Shown piece after piece: positions 1-8,652 of a stretch of DNA of 16,579 nucleotides (position 1 is the first letter of the stretch; each line of letters starts with the position of its first letter). Below the pieces are notes generated by a model. That model worked only from the letters and a program-made list of their open reading frames with translations. It was not told the DNA's origin and did not search any database. This DNA is from Verrucomicrobiales bacterium (lineage in GTDB: Bacteria > Verrucomicrobiota > Verrucomicrobiia > Limisphaerales > F1-80-MAGS106): contig SYMW01000294.1 of NCBI GenBank assembly GCA_005805305.1, forward strand, positions 1 through 16,579, given 5' to 3'. The position numbers and the translations under genes are program-made.

Positions 1-1683
1 CGCGACGTGATCGTGGTCGCCAGCGTGTCGTGCATCTATGGGATCGGCAGCAAGGAAGACTACGAATCCATGGTGATCCCCATCCACGCCGGGCAGGATT
101 TGTCTCGCGACCAGTTCCTGAGCCGCGTCGTGGATCTCCAATACGCCCGAAATGACGTCGAGCTTCAGAGAGGCGCGTTTCGGGTCCGAGGCGACACGAT
201 AGAAATTCATCAGGCATCCAGTGAGGAAGGCCTCCGCATCGAGTTTTTCGGCGACCAAATCGACCGGCTCACGCGATTCGAGATCCTCACCGGGAACGCC
301 ATCGAGACCCTCGACGCCGCCACCATTTATCCAGGGAAACAGTTTGTCACCCCGGTCGACAAACTCCGGTCGGCCAGCCTGACCATCCGGGCGGAGTTGA
401 GCGACCGCATCGCCGAGTTCGAAAAACGGGGCAAGCTCATCGAGGCCCAGCGCATCAAAATGCGGACGGAGTACGACCTCGAAATGATGCAGGAAATGGG
501 GTTTTGCTCGGGCATAGAAAATTACTCCCGCCACCTCAGCGGGCGTCCCCCTGGCTCGAGGCCTTACACCTTGGTGGAGTTTTTTCCTTCCGATTTCATT
601 CTGGTGATCGATGAGTCCCACGTCTCCATCCCACAGATAGGAGGGATGTACGCGGGCGATCGCTCTCGCAAAACCGTGCTGGTCGAACACGGATTCCGCC
701 TCCCCAGCGCCCTCGACAACCGTCCGCTGAACTCGGACGAATTCAAGGAGCTGCAAGGCCAGACGATCTATGTCAGCGCGACCCCGGGGCCGCAGGAGCT
801 CGCGTGGTCTTCCGGGCACATCGCCGAACAGATCGTGCGCCCCACAGGCCTCGTCGACCCCACGATCACGCTGCGCCCGTTGAAAGGGCAAATCGATGAC
901 CTGATCAACGAGGTCCGGATGCGCGTCGAGAAGAAAGAGCGGATCCTCGTGACAACTCTCACCAAGCGCACATCAGAGGAACTGGCGGATTACCTCCGCG
1001 AGCTTGGGATCAATGTGCGCTACCTCCACAGCGAGATCGACGCCATCGAGCGCGTCGAGATTCTGCGGTCGTTGCGCAAGGGCGACTTCGACGTTCTCAT
1101 CGGCATCAACCTCCTGCGCGAAGGGCTTGATTTGCCCGAAGTCTCCCTCGTGGCCATGCTGGACGCGGACAAGGAGGGATTTCTTCGATCGACAACGAGT
1201 TTGATTCAAACGGCTGGCCGCGCCGCCAGGCACATCAACGGCGAAGTCATCCTCTACGCGGACCAGCGCACCCGCAGCATCGAACAGTTCCTCGCCGTCT
1301 CCAAGTATCGCCGCGAACGCCAGCTGGCCCACAATCGCGAGCACGGAATCACTCCGCGAAGCGTCACCCGTCCCGTTGAAGAAAGCCTGGCCATGCGCCC
1401 CGGCAATCAGGATCAAAACCGCGCCGCCTCTGTCATACACGACGCCGGCGGCGACTTCGATGTGTCCGAAGCCCTGCTGGAATTGGAACGGGACATGATC
1501 GAGGCATCCAACAACCTCGAATTCGAGCGCGCCGCCCTCTTCCGTGATCAGATCAGGGAGCTAAAAAATCGCTTCGATCCCAGAGTCGGAGGAACCGCCT
1601 CCACTGGCCCGAAAAACGGCGGTGGGGCTCCCGCTGCCCGGAGGCGCCCCGCGAAGGGCGAACCGAAAAAACGCCGGCATTGA
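1..1683 (+). CDS. uvrB: Excinuclease ABC subunit B (UvrB). The 5' end is truncated by the window start; frame 1 is continuous from nt 1 and the 'GTG' at 7 is not the real start.
   Basis: Translation carries UvrB helicase motifs (…LVIDESHVSIPQ…, …TIYVSATPGP…, …LTKRTSEELADYL…VRYLHSEIDAIERVEIL…LREGLDLPEVSLVAMLDADKEGFLRS…QTAGRAARH…). The C-terminal UVR domain is present (LEFERAALFRDQIRELK), followed by a basic tail. Confidence 0.9.
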   Translation, partial: RDVIVVASVSCIYGIGSKEDYESMVIPIHAGQDLSRDQFLSRVVDLQYARNDVELQRGAFRVRGDTIEIHQASSEEGLRIEFFGDQIDRLTRFEILTGNAIETLDAATIYPGKQFVTPVDKLRSASLTIRAELSDRIAEFEKRGKLIEAQRIKMRTEYDLEMMQEMGFCSGIENYSRHLSGRPPGSRPYTLVEFFPSDFILVIDESHVSIPQIGGMYAGDRSRKTVLVEHGFRLPSALDNRPLNSDEFKELQGQTIYVSATPGPQELAWSSGHIAEQIVRPTGLVDPTITLRPLKGQIDDLINEVRMRVEKKERILVTTLTKRTSEELADYLRELGINVRYLHSEIDAIERVEILRSLRKGDFDVLIGINLLREGLDLPEVSLVAMLDADKEGFLRSTTSLIQTAGRAARHINGEVILYADQRTRSIEQFLAVSKYRRERQLAHNREHGITPRSVTRPVEESLAMRPGNQDQNRAASVIHDAGGDFDVSEALLELERDMIEASNNLEFERAALFRDQIRELKNRFDPRVGGTASTGPKNGGGAPAARRRPAKGEPKKRRH

Positions 1684-1764
1684 TCCCCTCCGCCTGATTT
1701 CTGATTTGAGACTCCAAATGGCTCGGCGGGTGGCCCGTGGAGAATAACCACGCCGAACGGACCC

Positions 1765-3120
1765 TTAACCGCGGAACTCCTTCTCAATGGCTCGCTCCAA
1801 AATCGCGAGGGCCTGGGTCATCTCCTCTTCCCGAATTTGAAGCGGGGGTGTCAATGTCACGATGTTCCCCATGGTCAGTTTGAAGTTCAATCCATCCGAA
1901 AGGCATCGGTACATCACCCGTTCCGCCAACTCGTTCGCGCTTGCTCCAGCCGCCTTGCCGCCGGCCAATTCCAATCCCATCAACAACCCTAACCCCCGAG
2001 CATCGCCGATCGCCGGGCTGCGCGCCCGCATTCCTTTCAAATACTCCAAACCGAAAGCCCCCACCCTCCGCGCGTTCTCCAACAAGCCCTCCTCCTCGAT
2101 CACTTGAATCGCCGCCAGCCCGGCGGCGCAGGCAACCGGATTCTTCTCGTGGGTGTAGTGCCCCAGGGCTCGATGCTGCATGACATTCAAAGATTCCCGA
2201 GCCAGGATGGCCGCCAGCGGGAACACGCCCCCGCCTAGCCCTTTTCCGAGCACCAGAATGTCTGGAACCACGTCGTAATGCTCGCACGTGAACATTTTCC
2301 CAGTGCGCCCCAAACAATTCGGAATTTCATCCAGAATGAGCAGCGCCCCGTGCTTGTCGCAAGCCGCTCTGACTTTTTTCCAGTAATCCTTCGGCGGAAT
2401 GAAGGGCGTGCATCGAACCGTTTCCGCGACCACCGCCGCGACGTCGCCCTCCTTCTCGAGAACATACTCGATGTAGTCGGCGCATCTCAAGTTGCAGGCG
2501 GGCCCGCACGCGAAAGGGCAATGGCGGTTGTCGGGCGGAGGCACATGCTCGCATCCGGGCATCAAAGGACCCGCGCCCTGCCTGAAAATGGCTTCGCCAC
2601 CGACTGAAATGGCGTCCAGCGACGCGCCATGGAAGGAGTCCCACATGGAGATGGTCTTGTGACGCCCCGTCGCCGCCCGCGCCAACTTAACGGCCATGCC
2701 CACCGCGCTCGTCCCCCCGGGAGCAAAGAGCACCCGGCTCAGATCCCCAGGGGCCAGCGCCACCAGTTTTTGGGCGAGCCGGATGGCCGGAACATTCGTG
2801 TAGCGCCGGGTGCAGAAAGAAAGCTGCCTCAACTGATCGGTGATGGCTTCGATCACACGAGGGTGCGCGAACCCCACCTGATGAACGTTGTTGCCGTGGA
2901 AATCGAGAAGCCGGCGCCCTTCCCAATCTTCGATCCATCCCCCTTGCGCCCCTCGCAACACGTTGAGGCACGGTGTCGAAAGGGATTGGTGAAGGAACAC
3001 CGCCGCGTCGTCCTCAAGCAACCCCCGGGTCTCGGGTCCAATGGCTGCCCGCGACCATAATTCGCGGGCTGGCGAAATGTTCAAATCGCCCTCCGATTTA
3101 AATCGATCCAGATCGTTCAT
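1765..3120 (-). CDS. Class III (PLP-dependent, GabT/omega-transaminase fold) aminotransferase
   Basis: 451-aa ORF with an ATG at 3120. Class III aminotransferase hallmarks are present: …FAPGGTSAVGMAVKLAR…, …LMPG…, …LILDEIPNCLGRTGKMF…, and the PLP-lysine context VLGKGLGGGVFPLAA. An unusual HCPFACGPACNLRC insert replaces the usual substrate-loop segment. Confidence 0.85.
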   Translation of the reverse strand: MNDLDRFKSEGDLNISPARELWSRAAIGPETRGLLEDDAAVFLHQSLSTPCLNVLRGAQGGWIEDWEGRRLLDFHGNNVHQVGFAHPRVIEAITDQLRQLSFCTRRYTNVPAIRLAQKLVALAPGDLSRVLFAPGGTSAVGMAVKLARAATGRHKTISMWDSFHGASLDAISVGGEAIFRQGAGPLMPGCEHVPPPDNRHCPFACGPACNLRCADYIEYVLEKEGDVAAVVAETVRCTPFIPPKDYWKKVRAACDKHGALLILDEIPNCLGRTGKMFTCEHYDVVPDILVLGKGLGGGVFPLAAILARESLNVMQHRALGHYTHEKNPVACAAGLAAIQVIEEEGLLENARRVGAFGLEYLKGMRARSPAIGDARGLGLLMGLELAGGKAAGASANELAERVMYRCLSDGLNFKLTMGNIVTLTPPLQIREEEMTQALAILERAIEKEFRG

Positions 3121-3283
3121 CCCAAAATGCGGTGGTTCAACCGATGCTCATGAGAGCCTGACAAAATCGAAAATTCGAAACGGGCTCCAACAAACCCGCA
3201 GGCGGCGAAGCCATCGACCGAGGCCCGGCGTGCTTTCGGGAGTCGCCTCTGCTTCGGCCAGCCGACCAGTCTTTCGGAACTTA

Positions 3284-3511
3284 TCACATCCGTTCCGGCA
3301 TTTCAGGACGGTCGAGGTAATCGCCAGGCGGCAGCCCCTCGTACTCCGCGAAATGATCGGGGCGCAAGGGCTCCGAGATCTTGTTCTCTTCATTGAACCA
3401 CTTCCCCAAATCGACCAGTTTGCATCGCCTCGAGCAGAAGGGCCCAAAACCGCTTGAAAACCAGTCGCCCACCAATTGGCACGTCGGACATTTCACTTTC
3501 ATAAACTCCAA
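3284..3511 (-). CDS. yacG: DNA gyrase inhibitor YacG (zinc-ribbon protein)
   Basis: The sequence CPTCQLVGDWFSSGFGPFCSRRCKLVDLGKWFNEE matches the YacG signature CPxC…PFCSxRCxxIDLGxW. The protein is small (75 aa; an alternative start at MKVKCPTC would give 72 aa). Confidence 0.8.
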   Translation of the reverse strand: MEFMKVKCPTCQLVGDWFSSGFGPFCSRRCKLVDLGKWFNEENKISEPLRPDHFAEYEGLPPGDYLDRPEMPERM

Positions 3512-3602
3512 ACTCGCCCGCGGCCCAACTCATCAGCTTAAAACGCGTGGATGTCCACCGTTTTCTTGGCAAAACCACGAGAAAATAGTACCCTCCCCCT
3601 GA

Positions 3603-5150
3603 ATGCCCGATATCGTCCTGGCCACCCTCAACGCGAAATACGTCCATTGCGCGTTTGGACTGCGCTATCTGATGGCAAACATGGGCCCCCTCCACTGCCG
3701 CGCCCACCTGGCCGAATACGACATCAATCAGCGGCCCGTGGACATTCTCGAATCCATCCTGGCCCTGAACCCGCGCATCGTGGGCCTCGGTGTTTACATT
3801 TGGAACGTGGCGCAAAGTTTCGAAGTGGTGTCTCTCCTGAAGCGCCTCCGGCCGGACATCGTGATCGTGCTAGGCGGGCCCGAGGTCAGTTACGAAACAG
3901 AAGACCAGGAAATCGCGCGCCTCGCGAATTACGTCATCACCGGAGAGGCGGACACCGCATTTGCGGCCCTCTGCGAGTCGATTCTCGGCGGGGATCCCCC
4001 CCCGCAAAAAATCATTCATGCCACCCTTCCACAACCGGCGCAACTACGCCTCCCCTACTCCCTCTACAGCAACGAGGACATTCGCCACCGTGTTCTTTAC
4101 GTCGAAGCCTCCAGAGGTTGCCCTTTCACTTGCGAATTCTGCCTCTCTTCTCTCGACATCCCTGTCCGCCAGTTTCCCGTCGAACCCTTTCTGCAGGAAC
4201 TGGACGCCCTGATGGCCCGGGGCGCCCTGCAGTTCAAGTTTGTCGACCGCACGTTCAATCTCAACCTCCAAGTCAGCGCCTCCATTCTCCAATTCTTCCT
4301 CAATCGGCTGCGCCCCGGGCTGTTCCTCCACTTCGAGATGATCCCCGATCGCCTTCCGGAAGCGTTGAGATCGTTGATCACCCAGTTTCCGCCGGGATCG
4401 ATCCAGCTCGAAGTAGGCATTCAAACTCTCAACGAGTCGGTCGCCAGCCATATCAGCCGCCGTCAGGATGTCGCGAAGCTCGAGAACAACTTTCAGTTCC
4501 TGAGGCAGAAGACCGGAGTGCACATCCACGCGGATCTCATCGCGGGCTTGCCCGGCGAAACCCTCGATTCATTCGCCGCGGGATTTAACCGCTTGATCGC
4601 CCTCGCGCCGCAAGAGATTCAGGTCGGCATCTTGAAAAGGCTGCGAGGCACTCCGATCGTCCGCCATGATCTCGAATGGGAGATGATCTACAGCCCCGCG
4701 CCTCCCTACGAAATACTCCAAAACAAGCTCCTGGACTTCGCGACGCTCCAGCGCCTCCGCCGCTTCTCACGGTATTGGGACTTGGTTGGGAACAGCGGCC
4801 ACTTTTTGCTTTCGACGCCGAACATTTGGTCCCGGTCCGGGAAGCCTTTCGAATCGTTTTTGGAATTCTCTGACTGGCTTTTTCTTCAAACAAAGCGCAC
4901 CCACGGAATCGCGCTGCACATCCTGTCAGAGCTGTTGTTTGAATTCCTGACGCGAATCCAAAAATGCCCTCCAACCGAGGCGGCGAACTTGATGTGGCAG
5001 GACTTTCTTCGTTGCGGAAGAGCCGAAGTCCCTCTGTTTCTGCGACCCTTCTTGCCGGCAGACGCCACAACTCGGGCCCGCCAAAAACAGATCCATAGCC
5101 CCGCCCCCGCCCGGCAAGGCCGGCATCTGACGCCGCTGGCGTCAGGATAG
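3603..5150 (+). CDS. B12-binding-domain radical SAM protein (class B rSAM, DUF4080-type C-terminus)
   Basis: An N-terminal Rossmann-like cobalamin-binding region (IVLATLNAKYVHCAFGLRYL…IVGLGVYIWNV…IVIVLGGPEVS) is followed by the radical SAM cluster motif ASRGCPFTCEFC (CxxxCxxC) and a conserved C-terminal extension. Confidence 0.85.
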   Translation: MPDIVLATLNAKYVHCAFGLRYLMANMGPLHCRAHLAEYDINQRPVDILESILALNPRIVGLGVYIWNVAQSFEVVSLLKRLRPDIVIVLGGPEVSYETEDQEIARLANYVITGEADTAFAALCESILGGDPPPQKIIHATLPQPAQLRLPYSLYSNEDIRHRVLYVEASRGCPFTCEFCLSSLDIPVRQFPVEPFLQELDALMARGALQFKFVDRTFNLNLQVSASILQFFLNRLRPGLFLHFEMIPDRLPEALRSLITQFPPGSIQLEVGIQTLNESVASHISRRQDVAKLENNFQFLRQKTGVHIHADLIAGLPGETLDSFAAGFNRLIALAPQEIQVGILKRLRGTPIVRHDLEWEMIYSPAPPYEILQNKLLDFATLQRLRRFSRYWDLVGNSGHFLLSTPNIWSRSGKPFESFLEFSDWLFLQTKRTHGIALHILSELLFEFLTRIQKCPPTEAANLMWQDFLRCGRAEVPLFLRPFLPADATTRARQKQIHSPAPARQGRHLTPLASG

Positions 5151-5228
5151 CCACAACTGGGACATTTGGCTTGTGTCACGATCGGCGGCAACGCAATGTG
5201 AACGGGAACACTCTCTTGAAACCCCAGG

Positions 5229-6926
5229 ATGGGAGCACCCAACGACAACGTTCCCAAGCAGCCGGAGAACCCACTCATCACCAAGGCTTCGATGCTCTGC
5301 TCAGAAGCCATTGGCAAGGCTGAACCTCCATCGAGTTCCTGGCCTGCGGCTCCCTCCAACCTCAAGGCCTTTCTTGCGGGCGTCCGTCATCAACTCCGAA
5401 CGCCCTTGAATCACGTCATCGGCTACAGCGAAATGTTGCAGGAAGAGATGCAACCCGAAGCCGAGCCTGAATTGCTCAAGGGCCTTGAGGAGATCCGGTT
5501 TGGGGGCAGACGGCTTCTCGAGCTGATCTGCTGCCATTTTGATGAGGACACGCAAGACTCCTCTCGGCAGGATCCGCGCGAATTGCTCCGGTCCCTGGAG
5601 TCCCCGGTGGAGGACATCGTGCGGAGTTCCGAACGTCTTAAAGCCCAGGCCACGAAAACGGGCCGGTCTTCCATGCTGCCGGATTTGGATAAGATCCAAT
5701 TCGCGGCCACCGAGTGGCTACGGCAGACCGAAGGTTTCTTGGAGGATAAGCGATACCATGAATTCTTGACACAATCCGGAAACGAAGTCTCGGGACAAAT
5801 TCCCGGGAGTAAACTGGACACTTCCTTTTTCTTCAGCAAAAGCACTCCCCGCGATTCGGCTGGCGCGGTTCCAGTGACCGGCGCTGTCCTCATCGTGGAC
5901 GACGATAGCGGCAATCGAGAGATCTTGTCCCGCCGTCTCATCCGTCAAGGGTTCACAGTGACGACCGCCCAATCCGGAGAGGAGGCCCTGTCCTTATGCG
6001 CTGAATCTTCATTTGATCTGATCCTCTTGGACATGGTCATGCCGGGCTTGGACGGTCATGAGGTGCTACAACGACTGAAGTGCGACAAACCGCGACGGCA
6101 CATCCCCGTGATCATGATCTCCGGGTTGGATGACATGGACCGCATCGCCACCTGCATCGAGCAAGGCGCCGAGGACTTCATTTCCAAACCGTTCAACCCC
6201 ATTTTTCTGAGAGCGCGCATCGGCGCGGTGATGGAGAAAAAGCGATTGCGCGACCAGGAGCGAACCCATTTGCTGCAACTTCAAGAGGCGCAAGACAAGG
6301 CCGAACGTCTGCTGCTCAACGTCCTGCCAGCGCCCATCGCCCACAGGCTGAAGGAGGGGGAGCACGCCATCGCGGACAGTTTCCCGGATGTCACGGTGTT
6401 GTTTGGAGATTTGGTGGATTTCACAACGCTGTCAATGTTTAGGGTGCCAGCGGAAATGGTGAATCTGCTCAACGAGGTTTTTTCAACCTTCGATCATCTG
6501 GCCGGGAAGCATGGGCTCGAGAAAATAAAGACCATCGGGGACGCGTACATGGCGGTCAGCGGCCTCCCCACCCCAAGGCCGGATCATGCGGCCGCCGCGG
6601 CGCGCATGGCGCTGGAGATGCAGAGCGAATTGACACGTCTCAACGAGCGGCTCGGAACATCCATCCAAATTCGGATCGGACTTAACTCCGGCCCCGTCAT
6701 CGCGGGCATCATCGGCACAAAAAAATTCATCTACGATCTTTGGGGAGACACGGTCAACATCGCCAGCCGCATGGAATCCCATGGCGCGCCAGAGCGAATA
6801 CAGGTGACCCAGTCAACGTTCGACCAGCTTCGGGATCAGTTTAAGTTTGAAAATCGGGGGGAAATTCAAATCAAAGGCAAGGGCACTATGGTGGCTTATT
6901 GGCTCGTCTCGGAAACGGGCAAGTAA
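5229..6926 (+). CDS. Multidomain signalling protein: HisKA/DHp-like domain (no HATPase) + receiver (REC) + class III adenylate cyclase
   Basis: H-box RHQLRTPLNHVIGYSEMLQEE, then a REC domain (VLIVDDDSGNREIL…DLILLDMVMPGLDG…ISKPF). A coiled-coil linker leads to a class III cyclase domain (VTVLFGDLVDFTTL…IKTIGDAYMAVSGLP…YDLWGDTVNIASRMES). The Lys in KIKTIGD and the Asp in YDLWGD indicate ATP specificity. No HATPase_c motifs (N, G1, G2 boxes) were found. Confidence 0.85.
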   Translation: MGAPNDNVPKQPENPLITKASMLCSEAIGKAEPPSSSWPAAPSNLKAFLAGVRHQLRTPLNHVIGYSEMLQEEMQPEAEPELLKGLEEIRFGGRRLLELICCHFDEDTQDSSRQDPRELLRSLESPVEDIVRSSERLKAQATKTGRSSMLPDLDKIQFAATEWLRQTEGFLEDKRYHEFLTQSGNEVSGQIPGSKLDTSFFFSKSTPRDSAGAVPVTGAVLIVDDDSGNREILSRRLIRQGFTVTTAQSGEEALSLCAESSFDLILLDMVMPGLDGHEVLQRLKCDKPRRHIPVIMISGLDDMDRIATCIEQGAEDFISKPFNPIFLRARIGAVMEKKRLRDQERTHLLQLQEAQDKAERLLLNVLPAPIAHRLKEGEHAIADSFPDVTVLFGDLVDFTTLSMFRVPAEMVNLLNEVFSTFDHLAGKHGLEKIKTIGDAYMAVSGLPTPRPDHAAAAARMALEMQSELTRLNERLGTSIQIRIGLNSGPVIAGIIGTKKFIYDLWGDTVNIASRMESHGAPERIQVTQSTFDQLRDQFKFENRGEIQIKGKGTMVAYWLVSETGK

Positions 6927-6960
6927 TGACTTTGCCCCAAGCCTCAACGGTTCGATGGAG

Positions 6961-6980
6961 TCTCGCCGGCGTCTCGGCGA
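6961..6980. terminator. Short GC hairpin (tcgccg-N6-cggcga) between convergent cyclase and Arc-like genes; possible weak bidirectional terminator
   Basis: 6-bp perfect stem with 6-nt loop, directly abutting the stop of the minus-strand RHH gene and 35 nt past the cyclase stop. No clear U-tract follows on either strand. Confidence 0.25.
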
Positions 6981-7160
6981 TCAATTGCCCGAGCTCGGTT
7001 TCGAAGAGGATTGGCTCTTCCGGCGCGCCACCGCCTGTTTCAACAGGAACTCGATCTGCCCGTTGACGGAGCGGAGCTCCTCTTGCGACCAGGATTCCAG
7101 TTCCGACCACAGATTGGGATCGATGCGCAACAAGAATGTCTTTCTGGATTCGTTCGCCAT
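6981..7160 (-). CDS. Arc/MetJ-type ribbon-helix-helix DNA-binding protein (59 aa)
   Basis: MANESRKTFLLRIDPNLWSELESWSQEELRSVNGQIEFLLKQAVARRK matches the Arc-family pattern (K.F.LRLP.EL…RS.NAEI…LL). Only the C-terminal third of the 152-aa track ORF is real; the N-terminal part overlaps the upstream gene in another frame. Its ATG overlaps the upstream TGA (TGATG) by 1 nt, suggesting translational coupling. Confidence 0.6.
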   Translation of the reverse strand: MANESRKTFLLRIDPNLWSELESWSQEELRSVNGQIEFLLKQAVARRKSQSSSKPSSGN

Positions 7161-7687
7161 CAACCACGCTCCTTCCCGCGTTGGAGCCGGCGTCGAAGAT
7201 CGGCCACGAAACGACCCGGATTTTCCGGCGAAATGACGATGATGTCGCCGGGAACCCGGATGACCACCGCGTTTTTGCGATCCGTCACATAGGCTTGGAA
7301 CTTGCCAAGCCTCTGGTTGCGAAAGCGCCCATGCATCGCGAACAGTCCGTCGTTTCCATAAGTCTTCCAAGCGCGTTCGCAGGCCTTGGGATCGACCTCG
7401 GCGGACTCGATGTCCAAGAGACGAATCCGATTGCTCCAAAAGCTCCGCGCGACGAGCAGTTCATCGTCAGCCAACTCATATCGGCGCACCCTCCAAAGCG
7501 AAGCGCCACCCAGAATGCCAACCACCACCAGGGTCGGAATGATCCAGATCGGCCCTCGCTGGCCCCGGCCTTCCTTCCCGAGCACGAAGGAGCTTCCAAT
7601 GGCCACGGCGAGCATCAAGGCGCTCAGGATGCCGGTGATAAGCCAGGTCTGAAGGCCCCACGGCGCGCTGTAGGAACAGTGGCGCAT
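7160..7687 (-). CDS. Membrane protein with two N-terminal TM helices and a bacterial PH (bPH, YdbS/YdbT-like) domain
   Basis: Two hydrophobic helices (LQTWLITGILSALMLAVAIGSSFVL and PIWIIPTLVVVGILGGASLW) precede a roughly 110-aa domain (RRYELADDELLVARSFWSNRIRLLDIESAEV…VVIRVPGDIIVISPENPGRFVADL) typical of bacterial PH-like domains. Its start lies 6 nt after the SPFH gene's stop. Confidence 0.6.
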   Translation of the reverse strand: MRHCSYSAPWGLQTWLITGILSALMLAVAIGSSFVLGKEGRGQRGPIWIIPTLVVVGILGGASLWRVRRYELADDELLVARSFWSNRIRLLDIESAEVDPKACERAWKTYGNDGLFAMHGRFRNQRLGKFQAYVTDRKNAVVIRVPGDIIVISPENPGRFVADLRRRLQRGKERG

Positions 7688-7693
7688 ATCGGG

Positions 7694-8602
7694 TCAATGA
7701 TAAAGCGTGCCGGTGTTGATGACGGGAGTGACCTCCGCCTCGCCGCAGAGCACAACAAGGAGGTTGCTCACCATCGAGGCCTTTCGCTCCTGATCAAATT
7801 CAATCACACCCTTGGCCTTGAGTTCGATGAGAGCCATTTCCACCATGCTCACCGCCCCGTGCACGATCTTGGTGCGCGCGGCGATGATCGCCTCCGCTTG
7901 CTGCCGCCGTAGCATCGCCTGCGCGATCTCGGGCGCGTAAGCCAGGTGCGTGATCCGGGCCTCCTCGACGAGAACCCCCGCCTTGGACAACCGGTCTTGA
8001 AGCTCGGCTGTCAACGCCGAGTTCACCTCGTCGCCACCGCCGCGCAACGTGAACTCGTCCTCCTCCCCTTGGTCGTACGCATAAGCCGAGGCCAGATGGC
8101 GCACCGCCGATTCGCTTTGGACCTGGACGTAATGCTCGTAATCGTCCACATCGAATGCCGCTTGCGCCGTGTCGGCGACTTTCCAAACCACCACGGCGGC
8201 GATCTCGATCGGGTTGCCGCGCTTGTCGTTTACCTTAAGCTTCTCGCCATTTAGATTGCGCATCCTCAAGGAAATCTTGCACCGCTTTGAATAGAATGGA
8301 TTGGTCCAGTGAAAGCCGCTGCGGCGAACGGTTCCCTTGTAAGCTCCAAACAAGATCATCACCCGCGACTCGTTGGGTTGAAGAGTGAAGAAGCCGGCCC
8401 AGGAAAAAAAAGACAGCACCAAGCTGAGGATTCCCAAGACCAAAGGCAGCGCGTAAGAGTCGCCGCGATCCCCGCGGATGCCCGCGTTGATGAGCATGAT
8501 GATGCCGCCAATTTTCAGCAGCAACGTGACAAAGAGCAACGGCCAGCCACTGACGGTGGATCCGGGCTGCTCGACGGACGCTGGGAGAGTGGTCGATTTC
8601 AT
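7694..8602 (-). CDS. SPFH/Band-7 (stomatin/prohibitin/flotillin-like) membrane protein
   Basis: An N-terminal hydrophobic anchor (two TM-like segments) is followed by the SPFH core: …VNDKRGNPIEIAAVVVWKVADTAQAAFDVDDYEHYVQVQSESAVRHLAS…. A coiled-coil Ala/Glu-rich region follows (LQDRLSKAGVLVEEARITHLAYAPEIAQAMLRRQQAEAIIAARTKI). Confidence 0.85.
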   Translation of the reverse strand: MKSTTLPASVEQPGSTVSGWPLLFVTLLLKIGGIIMLINAGIRGDRGDSYALPLVLGILSLVLSFFSWAGFFTLQPNESRVMILFGAYKGTVRRSGFHWTNPFYSKRCKISLRMRNLNGEKLKVNDKRGNPIEIAAVVVWKVADTAQAAFDVDDYEHYVQVQSESAVRHLASAYAYDQGEEDEFTLRGGGDEVNSALTAELQDRLSKAGVLVEEARITHLAYAPEIAQAMLRRQQAEAIIAARTKIVHGAVSMVEMALIELKAKGVIEFDQERKASMVSNLLVVLCGEAEVTPVINTGTLYH

Positions 8603-8635
8603 GTTTTTTTCTCGCGGTTGATGGATGCCAATGGA

Positions 8636-8652
8636 GATATCTCTGTGATATC
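8636..8652 (-). promoter_or_regulatory. Tandem palindromic hexamers GATATC-N5-GATATC overlapping the -10/TSS; candidate operator for the operon's own Arc-like repressor
   Basis: Two GATATC sites (8636-8641 and 8647-8652) lie 11 bp apart, one helical turn. RHH repressors classically bind tandem short repeats overlapping their own promoter. Inference only. Confidence 0.25.

Noticed and set aside
973-1440. 155-aa minus-strand ORF inside uvrB and the other short antisense ORFs within uvrB, aminotransferase, rSAM and cyclase genes
   Set aside because: They lie antisense to or out of frame with strongly supported conserved genes, typical of GC-rich DNA, and have no independent support.
1684-1764. 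Possible intrinsic terminator between convergent uvrB and aminotransferase genes
   Set aside because: Only weak 4-5-bp stems (cggg-tgg-cccg; ccgtgg-agaataa-ccacg) and no U-tract on either strand; not convincing.
3551-4588. 345-aa plus-strand ORF overlapping the radical SAM gene in another frame
   Set aside because: Pro/Arg/Ser-rich low-complexity translation, whereas the overlapping frame encodes a clear B12-rSAM protein with CxxxCxxC.
7161-7439. N-terminal 93 aa of the 152-aa ORF 6981-7439 (-)
   Set aside because: It overlaps the bPH membrane protein gene in another frame and is Arg/Ser/Gly-rich with no features. The recognisable Arc/RHH domain starts at the internal Met, whose ATG is coupled to the upstream stop.
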